64,000 bases of DNA from Octopus sinensis (Eukaryota), in contig NW_021833807.1 in assembly GCF_006345805.1 (NCBI RefSeq), positions 13,991 through 77,990 of the forward strand. Direction: 5' to 3'. Position numbers and translations under genes: made by a program. The notes under the pieces are model-generated. The model saw only the letters and a program-made list of their open reading frames with translations. It was not told the origin of the DNA and did not search any database. How positions within the stretch are numbered: position 1 is the first letter of the stretch; each line of letters begins with the position of its first letter. Positions 1 to 12,820 of this stretch are shown piece after piece.

Positions 1-178
1 AATCAGGACTATTTATCCTGAAATTGATTCTCTTATTGCATCAATTCAAGCGGCAATAACAAAAAATAACAAGAGAAAACGACTATTTAATGAAATTGGA
101 ATTCCACCTCATGTAGTTTTAACTAGATGGGGTACTTGGCTAACTGCTGCATTTTATTATGCAAAAAATTTAATACAT

Positions 179-779
179 GTGATAAACATTTTCAAAACAA
201 TTCCTGATGATGGAATCATTGTTCAGGCTGCAAAAAATAGCCTAAGAGATGAATCTCTAGTAAAAAGCTTAAGTTCTATTGTTAGAAATTATTCGACAAT
301 TCCAGGTAAAACTAGTTTAATAATAGCAGAATTATTGTGCAATTTTGAAAGTTCTCACTCCTCAATAGAGTTAGCTTACAATGAGCTAAAGAATTTAAAA
401 TTTGACGACGAATCAGATATAATTGAAAAATATTTGAATGAACGATTACAAAAAAATGATTTATGTCAAATTATAAGAATGACAAATTCATCAATTTCTC
501 CTGAAGAATATTGTATGCTTTTAAAGTGTCAGCCTTCATCCTCTTCCATAGAACGATGCTTCTCTCAAATTAAAAACTTTATGAGGGATAACAGAAATTT
601 TAATATTGAAAATATAGAGAATTATGTTATATGTTTGTATAATAAATGATTCTTAAGTTAAAATTTGTTAGGTTAAAATTTTTGTTTTATAGGTTAAAAT
701 TTGGTTATTTTTAGGTTAAAAAGTTAAAATTTTTAGGTTAAAAAATCGAAGTTTTTAGGTTAAAAAAAAAATTGCCCTA
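179..779 (+). mobile_element. hAT-type transposase 3' remnant with subterminal tandem repeats
   Basis: ORF 179-649 ends with hAT dimerisation-like CQPSSSSIERCFSQIK. It is followed by about 5 copies of (T)nAGGTTAAAA at 660-770 and a probable end at ...TTGCCCTAG. Confidence 0.6.
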
Positions 780-784
780 GACAT

Positions 785-1500
785 TACAAATGAATCATAC
801 ATTTCTCGTATGGAAAGAAATAGTTCACTCCAAAATTGCCAAATCGAAAATTTTAAAGTTAGAGATCACGTACTATTAAAAAAAGATTTTGAAAAGAATC
901 AAAAAACTTTTTTTTTTTTAAGACAAAAATTACAGATAGCTAAGATAGTTAAAGGCCTCACGAGACACCCGACCAGCCGCGCGAATGGCGAAGACGTTCC
1001 CTCGGATCACAGCAATCGACAGACGTTCCAGGAGCCAAGAAAACTCCCTTGGATCGTGACTAGTCCTTGAAATCCGTCGACCGAGCGAGCGAAGGAAGCG
1101 GAGTGTCTTGGGACCGAAGATCCCGGAGGACTCCAAGGCAATTGGAGTAAAGAGCAGCGAGTTGGACAGGTGGCCGTACTTGAGAATCTTTCGCTCCTCG
1201 GCCTGCCTGGAAGCGTGCCCAGGATTGGCGGCGGACAGCGCGAGATTTCCCAGCGAGAACGTGTCCGAGCAGGTAGAATCCCAAATAAGGGATTTCCCCT
1301 AGAACTAAAAAAAGGAAATTAGAATCAAAAAACTAAAAAAAGGAAATTAGAATCTTTATTCTTCGAAAAAACTTTTACTATCAAAGAATTAATTTCCCAA
1401 AATAGAATAATGATAGAAAATGAAGATGGAAACGAAAAAATGATGAGATCCATTAAAACCTTCGAGGCAAAAATCTCACGTATTAAGAATATCCTTGATG
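785..1500 (+). mobile_element. Ginger-like integrase C-terminal remnant, interrupted by a CRE insertion
   Basis: RDHVLLKKDFEKNQKT joins KKRKLESLFFEKTFTIKEL once 909-1322 is removed. Similar C-terminal segments occur at about 35760, 43340 and 52360. Confidence 0.5.
909..1322 (-). mobile_element. CRE-like non-LTR 3' fragment (family A)
   Basis: PIAVESSGIFGPKTLRFL...WLLERLSIAVIRGN endonuclease C-terminus; poly(A) at 909-919; 12-bp TSD AATCAAAAAACT at 897-908 and 1323-1334. Confidence 0.85.
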
Positions 1501-2279
1501 AAAACGACAGCGAGAATATTAACAATGATGAACTCCCAATTATTCGCGATAAAGAAATTCAATTCATCCTATGATTTTCTCTTTAAAATTAAATGCATAT
1601 ATCATTATCGACCATAAATCAAAATTAAAGCTATTATCATATTTGACTTTGACAGAATGTGCAATTACAGATTGCACGACCTTGAATAGAATGTGCAATT
1701 AACAGATTTTGAAAAACACTTTGATAGTTGAAACCACATTAGCACAATCATTAACACAATTTACCACCAATTGACAGCGCAATCAGAAGAATTTGCGTAA
1801 AAATATTAACTATTTAGTTAAGTTTTTCGTAAAGATAGAATTTATTTTCGGTATGCCTCTTTTCCTAAACTTTTTTATTATTCAAAAATAATTTTTTCAA
1901 TAGATAACCGAAGGAGGAAAAACGAAGCTGAAGAAAAAACGGTCAGCTTAAGGTAATTAATTAAATCTTTTTTGTGTGTCACTTTTTTGGCTGCTGCTAC
2001 TCTTTCTGCCGCATTTCCGCCTGCCCCATTTCCGCCAGTGGTTTGTCTAATCAAGGTCACTAAGCTAAATCTCCGGACTATAAAGGCTCTTAAGCATTAT
2101 CTTAATTGGCTGTTAAAAAAATTAGACAGGTTGTTGCCGTGGCGGCAGAGATTTTTTTTGTTTATACTATTTTACAAATTTTTAAAGTTTTTTTTTGTTT
2201 TTTTTATTTTTTTTGTTATTTTCTAAAAATTCAACCGGATTGAATTTTTAAACTCCTTAGATCCCTCTGGAATGCCGAA

Positions 2280-2906
2280 TCATCTTTTAAAGTTAAAGAA
2301 GGAAAAGAAAATGAAATAACAGTTGACAACAGGTGGGTGGTGCCTTATAATCCACTGTTATGTAAGATTTTGATGCTCATATTAATGTTGAATTTTGTAA
2401 TTCTATTAGATCAATTAAATATAGAACAGAGGGAACATATAAAACAAAAAAATTTTAAAAATAAAAAAAGAAATAAATAAAAATTAAAATAAAAAAAACA
2501 AAAAAAATTAAAATAAAAAAACAAAAAAAAATACAGATAAAGAAATTAAAAAAATAAAAAAACACAAAAAAATTAAACATATTAAGTTAAAGAATAAAAA
2601 AAAGAAAATAAAACACAAAAAAAAGAAAAAAAATCAAAAAATAAAACAAAAAAATTTAAAAAAATAAAAAAAAGAAAATAACAAAAAAAAGTTTAAAAAT
2701 TTGTTCTGCCGCCGTATTAAGATAAGAAAATTTATTCATATATGCCAAGGAAGGACGGACGACAAACATCGTTTATCAACAGGCGATAGAATAGGGTTAC
2801 ATTAAACCAGGTAGTTTTATACATCTACATAAACTTATAGTTGTTTGATGAAACAGGCCCTCCGCAGGAGCTAGGTCGCGGTGAGCGAAGCGAGCTGCCG
2901 AGCTAG
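2280..2906 (+). mobile_element. Internally deleted Helitron remnant with intact 3' end
   Basis: Rep motif VDNRWVVPYNPLLC...AHINVEFCNSIRSIKY at about 2310-2425; helicase end NLFIYAKEGRTTNIVYQQAI at about 2725-2790; GC hairpin with GCGAAGC followed by CTAG|T at 2903-2907. Confidence 0.75.
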
Positions 2907-3297
2907 TATGAAAATAAAAATAGATGAAAAAACCCCAACATGTCACAATGACCTAAAAAAGGAAATTATCCAAATTTGGAGATCAATCCCGATAGAGTTC
3001 ATACAAAAACTAATTTTATCAATGAAGGATAAAAGCTACGCAGTGTATAATACCAAAGGAGGCAATTCTAGATACTAATTTTTGATTATTTTTATCTGTC
3101 CGGTTTCTTTTGTCGCACCTCGTAATTATTTATGCTTTAAATTTAATGTACAAATTGAAAAAAAGATTAAATTAAAAATGTAAAAAATTGTTTTTCGTGT
3201 AAATTAATGTACAAAGGGTGATTTATGTGAAAAAAATTTTAAAATGACTTAATAATGGAAATTTTGGCTTGTCCGGTTACTTTTGTCGTGCACTGTA
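2907..3297 (+). mobile_element. Tc1-like transposase 3' remnant with IR/DR-type right end
   Basis: LKKEIIQIWRSIP...KGGNSRY; repeated TGTCCGGTT.CTTTTGTCG at about 3097 and 3270; ends CACTG+TA. Confidence 0.7.
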
Positions 3298-3599
3298 CAT
3301 TATATGTTGTTCATTAGATGTTGTTTCCTTGCTTTTTTTAAATTTTTTTTTGCTTTTTTATTTCAAAGTTTTGTTAATTGCTAATCAAGGTCATTACGCG
3401 GTTTTCTCAAGGTCAAAATGTTACACGTCTGACGCCCGTTTCAGTTATGGCGCGCCACAATAATTACTGTGACAGGCACTATGATAAATTGACATCACAT
3501 ATAGACTATTTGATTAATGAAACAATAAATACAATTGAAAAATTAATAAAAATGCAATATAACAAAAATAGGGATAAATAAGATAAAAATTACAAAGAA

Positions 3600-3830
3600 A
3601 ATAATAGTAATTCAGAAATTTCAAAGTATTTAACATAAAACAGATCAAGGAAATAAAATAGGACAATATCACAAAAAGGATGGAATTTCAGATAACTTAA
3701 TCATTAAAAGAAATTACATCACGAATTATTCCCTTTAAATCCAAATTAAATATAAATATAAAAAACGACTAAATAGTGAAAAACGCACAACATGGTAAAC
3801 CCACAAGTGCTTAACGTGGCTTAATTTATT
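3600..3830 (-). repeat. Unclassified interspersed repeat, copy 1 (others at about 11950-12250 and 46490-46880)
   Basis: Reverse complement aligns by eye with the other copies (AAGCCACGT.. core; GATGTA.TTTC..TAATG.TTAA.TTAT.TGAAA.TTCATC.TTTTTGTGATAT). Confidence 0.6.
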
Positions 3831-3937
3831 ATATTTTTTATTTATAATTAAGATTAATTAAACAATTATTAATAAAAAAACGTTATTTTAATTAAAACGA
3901 TTTTAATGATAGGACCCAAATATTTTTTTTATTAATA

Positions 3938-4198
3938 CAGTCTTACCCAGGGGTGGGCACCAAAGTGCCCCAGAAAGCGGAGGTGTCTTTCCAAACAGGG
4001 GTTTGGTTCAAACTATTGAATTATAGTTCATTAAATTTAAATTTTGGTTTACTTGCGAACAAAGAAAGTGCCCTATAGTGGGGTTTTGATAATTTCCAAA
4101 TTTGGAAATTATTTATGAAAAATGTACTAAAAAATAAAATCGCCCCAAAAAGCGAAGGTGCCCCAAGGCGGGGTTGTTGTTGGGGCGGGGTTCGACTG
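3938..4198. mobile_element. Tigger/pogo-type MITE
   Basis: TA-CAGT...ACTG-TA ends; subterminal GCCCCAAAAAGCG..GGTGCCCCA motifs shared with the Tigger at 61283-62873. Confidence 0.6.
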
Positions 4199-4204
4199 TA
4201 ATGT

Positions 4205-4560
4205 GATTTATAAAAGTAAAAAGATAGCTAAGCTAATTAATGGCCTCACGAGACACCCGGCCAGTTTTGTGAATGGCGAAGCCGTTCCCTCGGATCACAG
4301 CAATCGACAGACGTTCGAGGAGCCAAGAATACTCTCTTGGATCGTGGCTTGTCCTTGAAATCCGTCGACCGAGCGAGCGAAGGAAGCGGAGTGTCTTGGG
4401 GCCGAAGATCCCGGAAGACTCCACGGCAATTGGAGTAAAGAACAGCGAGTTGAAGAGGTGGCCGTACTTGAGAATTTTTCGGTCCTCGGCCTGCCTCGAA
4501 GCGTGCCCAGGATTGGCGGCGGACAGAGCGAGATTTCCTGCTTGGTTATCAAGCAATGGA
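4205..4560 (-). mobile_element. CRE-like 3' fragment (family A)
   Basis: Near-identical to 930-1300 and 47805-48200; ORF 4233-4577 carries endonuclease C-terminal motifs. Confidence 0.85.
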
Positions 4561-4579
4561 AATTCCGATTCTTGCATGC

Positions 4580-5881
4580 TTTAAAAAAGCATATGAAGTT
4601 TATCTAAGTCCAGTAGTTTTAATAATTGACAATGCTCCATGTCATACAGACATTTTTTTTAACACTAATTAATTTATTTCAAATTAAAAGAGAAATAGTC
4701 ATTGGCAGATAGCCAGAGTATTGCCTCTGATTATGGCTATAGATATTCTTTCGATTAAATACCGGTGCTCACACGGGTCGCCGGTAACCCTTTCGATTAA
4801 TGAGGCAATACGCTGGAGTAGGGTCCGAGTAGAAGGCCCCTGTATTCCTGACGTCTCAACAACCAGGGGGACAAACACTCTCCCGTTCCCAATTCCAGCG
4901 TATTTCTCAGCTTTTCTTTTCTCAGCCCGTTCAGACGGGGCTCCAGGATTCTCGATGCATAATTTGATGTTCTGTTTAGAAAAGGAGTTCACACACGTGA
5001 CGTCCCAAACCAGACACTTTCCCCTCTGGAATGGAAATGTGGTCATCCCATCGGGTCTTCTGCCGTCCTCTACGAAAATCCCTGCAGGTTCCAATTGTGT
5101 GTGGAATCCAGCAGTTCGAAGAGATCGACAGATGATCTGGTTCAGTTCGGAATGCCGTGAGGAACGTCCAATTCCGTTTCGACAGGAGAGGGAGTGATAT
5201 CCAAACTCGTCAGTCCACACGCCGCACCGGCATTGGTGTTTTTCATAAACGCGTAGACCGAGGCGCAGACAAACTCCAATTCTTACGGCTTCATCATTAA
5301 GAAGGCAGCCAGTTGTATTACAAGGGTAACAGTTTAGCCACGCGCCGCTTAGGGGCTGGCTGCCCGCTTGTAAACAAGCCAACCTTCTCTGGTCCATGGT
5401 TTCCTTTAGGCATGAAAAAGTATTGGCGTGAACTTTCGACGTCCACTCCGATTGGCAGGTCACATCAGATGGCAATGGCAATCCCAGCTTTTTCCATACA
5501 GCGACGCAATCATCCACAGCAAATGATTTCCTCTGTTCGCTTATTTGAGAAAGAACAGACATTGAAAAAATACTTGAAGAAAATGAATTCACAGAAAACA
5601 AAATACTTCGACATGCACCTTACAGTCCAATGTTAAATCCAATCGAACAAATATGGTCTAAAATGAAAGCTTTTGTAAAAAGAAAAATGGCTGAAAATCT
5701 TGGGAATATCTTAGATGGAAATGAACCTGACTTGTCAAAAACAGAATTTCGGAAACAGAGATTGGAGGATTTAATTAAACAATCTATAGACGAAGATACT
5801 CCAAAGATTTGTGCTAAGTTAATAGCCAGAATCCAAGGACTATTGCCCTCTTTATTAAATTACAAGGACGTAACATTTTAA
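4580..5881 (+). mobile_element. IS630/Tc1-like DDE transposase remnant split by a CRE insertion
   Basis: VLIIDNAPCHTD (4615-4654) continues as IEKILEENEF...HAPYSPMLNPIEQIWSKMK after 5554. Confidence 0.75.
4655..5554 (-). mobile_element. 5'-truncated CRE-like retrotransposon (family D)
   Basis: ORF with CRCG..D..GYHSLSC, RHSELN, RRPDG, VWDVTC; poly(A) tail; 9-bp TSD ACAGACATT at 4646-4654 and 5555-5563. Confidence 0.9.
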
Positions 5882-5996
5882 TTTTTTCGTTTGATATAAA
5901 TGAGTCATGATTTTTTTCAAATATTTTAAAATTAACTTGGAAATCCCATATTGAATTTGGAAATTCCCATATTGAACTTGGAAAGGTATAGATCGT

Positions 5997-6359
5997 TTGA
6001 CCACGGTGGAAGTGGAAAAGAAGCGTAAGTACGACCTTCTTGCAAACGAGCTTGGGTTGATGCACAGATGTCAGGTCCTTGTCATTCCTTGCGTGATGAC
6101 ATGGGAAGGAATTGTATCTAAGTACCACAAGGGTTATCTCAGGCAGTTGGGAGTCGATAGGTACATTCAGGCCTATATGCAGTCCACTGTCCTGAAGAGA
6201 ACTCTAGAGAGTGCATCTGTTGATGCGCGCAGATCCAGCCCCCTAATGCCACATGGGCAGAATTATCGGCTGGAAAATGCTTTCACAGAGCTATTCCTTC
6301 GACCAGAAGCAGAAGAGGCTGGTCTCCAGACTTCAGATGCGGACGGGTCGTCGGATTAG
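5997..6359 (+). mobile_element. RLE-type non-LTR (NeSL/R4/HERO-like) C-terminal fragment
   Basis: EVEKKRKYDLLANELGL...IP.VMTWEGIV.KYH resembles the C-terminus of RLE retrotransposon ORFs; clade assignment is from recall. Confidence 0.55.
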
Positions 6360-8074
6360 TTTAGTTAACTATTTTATCTCGGGGTTTTTTGTTTTCTGGA
6401 AGATTTATCTGAATTAATGAATGTGACCGGTTGAATACGAGCCATTATTGATATTTATAAAAATTTACACCTCAAAAATTGATATAGACTTCTTTCCCTT
6501 TTAAAGAATATATAATCATTAATAAAAAATTAACTTTATTTTAATTACAAGCGAGCAGAGCAATAAAACTTCGCAGGAACACAGAGAACCTTTTTGTGGA
6601 GGAGGTGAAAGGTTTTTGAAATATTTAAGTAGTTGTGAATCTGTTTCTTTGCAAGCATTTATAACTATGATTGCAGATAGTCCCCATTTGTAAAGATCAC
6701 TGGTAACATTTTTGGACAGTCATTTGACCAAGTTTGTTTATTAGATAATTTCACAGAAATCAAACCAATGAGAAACCCTGAAAATCGAGAAAAATTGTCT
6801 TTACCAACTTGTGGTCTACGATAAGATCTCTATCTTTGGTACATTTTGAAGGCCTAGGACTTGGGAAATTAATTAGTTAGTTAATTTCTTTTTATTGATA
6901 AAGTTTATTTGTAAAGTAGAAAAAAAAGTAAAGACAAATGTACCCCATCGTGTACTACGTTTGGTGCTAACTTGAAATAATATGTCACAGTCCGAATAAA
7001 ATACACGCCGAATAATTACATTCTTTAATTTTACTAAAATTAAAAATTTGCACAACAAAATGTTTAATTATTATTAAAAATATGATTTTTAATGTAAAAT
7101 TCATTAATTTTTTTACGAATACAGAAATGGGTGGATTGAAAGAATAACTGTCAACAGATTGAGGTTTATAATTTAACGATCTTAGAAGAACGTATTAAAA
7201 CATTAATTCTCAAACTTTTTTGGTTCGTTTATTTGTTAGCATCAAATCATTTTTCGCGTACCCTTTATCGATTTTTAGAAAATTAAAGAACAAAAAATAT
7301 TTAATTAGTGATATGGATGGTGTTTATTAACGACCAATCTTTCTATTTCTGGATTCTTTAACAAAAGATACACTCAAAAACTGATTTTAAATTAAACAAT
7401 AATAAAAATTCTTTTCGTCGAGATATGTAGTTACTTACATGACTCGCATCTAATTTTGTTCTTGAACTTTCGTTTACTTAGTTATTAATGAACAAATTTC
7501 AAATTAATTAATTTTCTGACACTGTCTCTAACGGATTGACCGACAATTTTTTTTGAAGACGGCAAAAAATCCTTTCGAATTAAAACGATTATTTCTGAAA
7601 TGTTAATGGGAAAACAATTAAGCGCGAAAATGCTGATGTGGGGAATGGCAAAGTTTTCGTTCCTGTAACAGTCGAGACTTCATAAATACATGGGCCTTCC
7701 TCTCGTAGTCTGTTCGAAGTTGCCGAAGTTGCAAATTGGTACTTTCTATATAAAATTTTCTGATTTAATTGAAAATAATACTAAAAACCACTATACACTC
7801 AAATTCGCTAGATGCTACAATGTATTATGTCATCACAGTTCAGGAGGATTTATATCTTCTAGAAAACGATAAAGGAAACAATTTAACCGGCGTACATATT
7901 TCGAGGCTGAAAAGCTTAATTGATTTTGTTTTTGACATTTTTTGTTTTTAATGTAACTTTTAAAATCTTATAAGCTTTTAAAATTAGGGCTTTGTAAAAG
8001 CAAAAGCTTTATAGGCGTTTTTCTCGAGTTAGGGTTAGGCTTTAAAAATAAGGTTTAGTAAAAGTGAATTATTA

Positions 8075-8266
8075 TTGCACATGTCATTTTCGTTACGTCG
8101 TGATCTTACACTTTCTCAAAAATTGGAAATAATCAATTTGTTTATTCAAGGAGGCCAAACTCAGGCAACTCTATCTGCAAGAATCAACTGTTCTCAGTCT
8201 CAAGTTTCACGGATTTTGAAGAATAGAGAAGAAATTATGTTATTGGCTGAATCAAAAAATTATTGA
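8075..8266 (+). mobile_element. Tigger/pogo N-terminal HTH remnant
   Basis: RRDLTLSQKLEII...TQATLS...SQSQVSRILKNREEI (CENP-B/psq-type HTH). Confidence 0.65.
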
Positions 8267-8317
8267 TTTTTTTCAATATCGGATAATTGCATATATCGGT
8301 TAATTCCATAAGTTTTT

Positions 8318-10382
8318 CATATTTTCAATGTTTATTTTTCAATGAGTACAAAATGTCACTGAAAAGTATTATAAATCGTCACGCTCCGGCAGCCAGTATC
8401 GCGTGCGTGTTGCCACGAAGAACTGCAATTCCGATACGTTGGCGAAGCCAATACCCCTCGCGACTGTCCCTCCTTCGTTTAGCCAGCATCGCCCCAATTT
8501 CCTTGAGAAATTCCGCGGTTTTGGATCCCACTACACCAGACGTCTCTATCGAGATTGGGACAAAACGGAAAAGTTTTCCGATCTCCAAATACTTAGATAT
8601 CTTCGCCTTTTCTGCTGCATTAGCAGCCCAACCGGGCGAATGAATATTCCGAAGAATCGTGGACTGGGAGAACGTGTCTACGCACGTCGCATCCCATGCG
8701 AGTGATTTTCCCTGGGAGTACGGGAAAAGAGTTATCCCATCGGGCCTTCTGCCATCTCCCCGGTCAAGCCCGACGGGTTCCAGGTGTGCTGGAAATCCTG
8801 CGCTCTCGAGGGCCCGTCGTATTATGTCGTTGAGTGCGGCATGGCGGGGAGCGCGACCTGCACTCCTCTTGCAAGACAAAGGGTGTAGTCCTTTGGAATC
8901 GACTATTCCTCCACACCGGCATCTGTGTTCCTGACAGACGTCAAGACCCAAGCGTTGCGCAACACCGATTCTCACACAATCGTCGTCCATAAGCGTACCG
9001 AATGAACTGCATGGAAATGCGTGGAGCCATGCACCACTCCCGTGCTGTGCCCCGGATAGCAAACAGACGAGCCGGTGTTGGTTCAACTCCCGCTTCAGGT
9101 CATCAACGACAGCCTTGCATGATATTGCGTCCCAACAATTCTGTCTCGAGACATCATCTGGGATTGAAAGTCCGGCTTCCTTCCATTGCAAGCAAGCCTT
9201 GTCAAATACTGTGTCCAAGGAGAGTCCAGTAGTGTTACGTAGGATTTCCTGGACGAGATGACTGCAGCTTGAAAGCGATGACAGATATGCCGGGAAAGCG
9301 AAATCCAGCGCCGACCTGAGACCCGTTCCTCCAATGCGTGTAGGAAGCTTGCATTGATTCCAACCAGGTTCGTCAAAGTAGATGTTCAAGAGCGATTCAG
9401 CTGAACTTCTCAAAGTCCTATCCAGTGTCTGTAGAATGTCTCGATGTTCCAAGCAGGGAAAACAACGGAGAGCGTATTGGAGTTTAGGCAAGCCAATGCT
9501 ATTTTTCAAAAGGAAGAATGCAGTATGAGCATTGAGTAAGGAGAGTTTCTCCGTAACTCTAGAAAGACCCTTGTTTTTTTCCAGCAGATGGCACCGCAGT
9601 TCCTTTTCGCCAAGTGGGCACCCAAGAAAGTATGCCCTCTCCCGAGGTAAGACAGTAATCCCGGGTAATATCGATTCGAAAGACTTGACCACGTTGATAA
9701 AATCACTTTCCGAGTATGTGATATTTATCAGCTCCGATTTCTTTATATTTATATCAAGTCCGAGTTTTCGTAGTACAGGCACGGCTTGTGACAGAACGTC
9801 AAAAACTTTTCCCCACGGCCCTCCAATCGTGGCATCATCAAGATACCAGAGGTTCAGTTCCGCGCTGATGGAACGTACAGTTTCGTCGATTGCCAACGCA
9901 AAGAGAAGTGGACCAAGCGGGTCCCCTTGCTGGACTCCAGTCTCCGAATAGATAATCTTGTCCGCAAAGACGAGTGAAGACTTGGTTCCGTAGGCCAGGT
10001 AGACGAGTGGAATGAGTTCCGGGGCTCGTTTGCTTACAGTCTCGAAAATTTGATCCCTCCGCAGTGAATTAAAGGCATTGCGGATGTCAAGCTTGACTCC
10101 CATTTTTGGATTTTGTTCGTTTTTCTGTGTGAAAAAGCACCTTGCGGCATGCACCGCCGCCTCACATCCGTTCTTTACCCCAACTCCGAGTTGGAAGGGG
10201 GAGAATTCTTCAGATATTCTCGGACAGACAAGACTGCATGCAATTTTAGCTGTTAGCCTTCTGAAGTAGTTCCCGACCGCGATAGGGCGGGCCCCACCTT
10301 CGGGTTTTTTGAAGCCAAGTAGGTGTGCGCTGAAAAGAAGCTCCCTTGCGAGAGGAGGGATATCCCCGTTCAAAATACGCAT
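8318..10382 (-). mobile_element. 5'-truncated CRE-like retrotransposon (family B), open 667-aa RT-Zn-RLE ORF
   Basis: RPIAVG..FRRL, DIRNAFNS, GVQQGDPLGPLLF, WYLDD, CRCG..H..C, RHAALND, RRPDG, WDATC. Possible 8-bp TSD CATATTTT (weak). Confidence 0.9.
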
Positions 10383-12271
10383 ATTTTATATGGATAGAAT
10401 TAATGAAAATGACATTTTGATATTGTTTCATTTAAAGGCGTGGTCCGTTCAGCGGACGGTGACATTTAATAAATTTACATTTCCCCGCGTGCCTCATAAA
10501 GTTAAAACTTCTTTTTTCATGGACGTAACTCGATTTTCTAGGTATTTTTTCGTATTGATTTCCTTATTGCAAATAATTTTATTTTAAAGCTTTTAAATTT
10601 TGTTGTCGGCCACTGCAGATGCCCCAAATTCAAATAATTGTATCTCCAATTAATTAATGTATTTGGCTGCTTTTTTTAATAAATCCGATTTCATCATGTC
10701 CAAAAGATGTTCTATACGTTAATGTTTCTTTGGTATAGCGATTAACTGGTTGCATATCAAACAATGTATGTTTGCATCGATCGTTGTCAAAAATAAAGAA
10801 TTTCTCATTTTTTGAAACACTCTTTTTTCATTTTTCTGACACCGTTTTTTGGTTTAAGAAGAAAAATATTTACAATAAACTAATTATTGTTGCAGATATT
10901 TCGGAACAAACTCGAGTTATCATTCTGAGTTTAAATAATTTAAATTTCCATTGGAAACATGAAGGAGAGCGTAGAAAATACATAAGCCTAGTCAGAAATA
11001 TATACTTTTTAAAAGGAACAGTTCGTCGTGTGCGTCCAGTAAAACAAGAAGATTTTTTCCTACAGAATTTTAATATTGGTGATCACAGCATTTATAGATC
11101 TTCCTTTCAAGTTATTTTAACGTCATAATGGTGTGTCCATGCTCATTTATGATAAACCTCAAATCAGCTTGACTAGGGTTCAAATTAGTGATCTCACATT
11201 TTGCAGATTAATTTCGAGGCCAACTTTTTCAACGATTAAATCTTTCTCGCATATTCTATTCCTGAGGTTTGCTCCGGAGGTTGAACAAGTGTTTGTACGT
11301 ATGTGCCTAAGATTTTGCATGTGCCAGCCACACAGTTTTGCAAGAACAAGAGAGAGAACGAGTATGCTAGTAAATCTAATTAATCCGGAATGAATGAAGG
11401 TTCTCATTCTTTTTAAATTCTTTTATTTTTATTCATTGGCGTTCGGCTGTTTCTTAGACTAGGATTTCAACACGTTCCATCTGAGATTCATCTAGTACTT
11501 AGAATCATGGCGGCGTCACTCGTCAAGATCGAGTTTCCAGTAGAGGCAACCTTTCAACTACGGCGGTGAATCACGTAACGATTATTTCAATGGATATTGA
11601 GGAAATTAATGAGCGACTGAGTGAGAAAGTAGCCACCAAGAGACATCAGTGAAACCTGTAGAGTACACAGACGCTGTATTCCAGCCATGAGCCTGGCAGA
11701 AATTGGCGGATAAAAAGCCAAGGGGAGATAGCTGGAATCAATATCAATTACATTTTTATTTGGATTTAAATATTTTTGGTAGGATTAAGTGGCGAATTAT
11801 AGTCTTTTTATTTGAATTTTTTTTCTTGGGATCAGAAACTTGTTCGAGACTTTATTTTTATGTAATGCATGAGAACTAATGATATTTAAAATTGTGTTGT
11901 AATTAAAATATAGTTCATTTTTAATTAAATATTGTTTAATTATTTAATTTTCAATGGCAAACCTAATGAATTAAGCCACGTGTGACCACGCTGTTGATCC
12001 ATTATGTAGCGCTGTTGTCTTTATTTGGTTTACCTTTATTTATATATTTAATTGGATTCAAAGGAATATTTCGGGATGTAGTTTCTTTTAATGGTTAAAT
12101 TATTTGAAATTTCATCATTTTTGTGATATTTTCCGATTTTATTTCTTTAATCGTTTTTTTACTTATTTTGAATTTTTTAAAACACAATTATTTTCTTTTT
12201 CATTTTTATTCATTCAGGTTTCTCTGATTTTTAAAAAATGAATTGCCAGTTTATTGAGATAATTCATTATC

Positions 12272-12820
12272 CAGTGGGTCAAATTAGTCTTGCGACACTT
12301 GTATATTTTTAATAAAATTTTCTTTTCTTAAACATACCTGTTTTTATCTCATTTTTTCCAAAGGCTAAAAAATTAAACAAAGTTTTTTACATAATAAAAC
12401 ATTTAAAAATAATCCAAAGAAAATTTTATTTTAAAAAAATTTTGACATTTTAAACAAACAGTCACAAAATCAAATGCTAATTAGTCTTGGGACAAATTAC
12501 TTAATACTTTGTAAAGTATCCGTTATTCTCCAAAACTGCATTTAAGCGATTTTTATAATTGTTAACAAGCTTTTTACAAGTTTCAACAGGAATTTTATTC
12601 CATTCTTCAAAACAAAATGATTTTAATTCCGCGATATTTTTTGGATTATGCGGCCATACTTTTGCTTTTAATTCCTTCCAAAGGTTTCCAATCGGATTAA
12701 GATCTGGGGACTGACTTGGCCATTCAAGGGTATCAATCAAATGTTCTTCTAGCCATTTTTGAGTTTTTTTGCGGTGTGCTTTGGATCATTGTCTTGTTGA
12801 AATGTCCAATTTCCTGCAAT
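12272..12820 (-). mobile_element. Tc1-like transposase 3' part with IR/DR end (5' part at 17415-17590)
   Basis: FQQDNDPKH...WPSQSPDLNPI.NLW...GYFTKY; repeated AATTAGTCTTG.GACA at about 12280 and 12480. Confidence 0.8.

Noticed and set aside
660-770. Spaced AGGTTAAAA repeats as a CRISPR-like array
   Set aside because: The repeat is short, spacers are T-rich and non-unique, there are no cas genes, and the position fits hAT subterminal repeats.
2430-2700. A-rich tract (and T-rich tract at 46730-46900) as a structured tandem array
   Set aside because: Low complexity with no stable period.
4721-10587. Many 60-160-aa ORFs antisense to or overlapping CRE ORFs as separate genes
   Set aside because: They are shadow ORFs of GC-richer RT coding sequence with no independent motifs.
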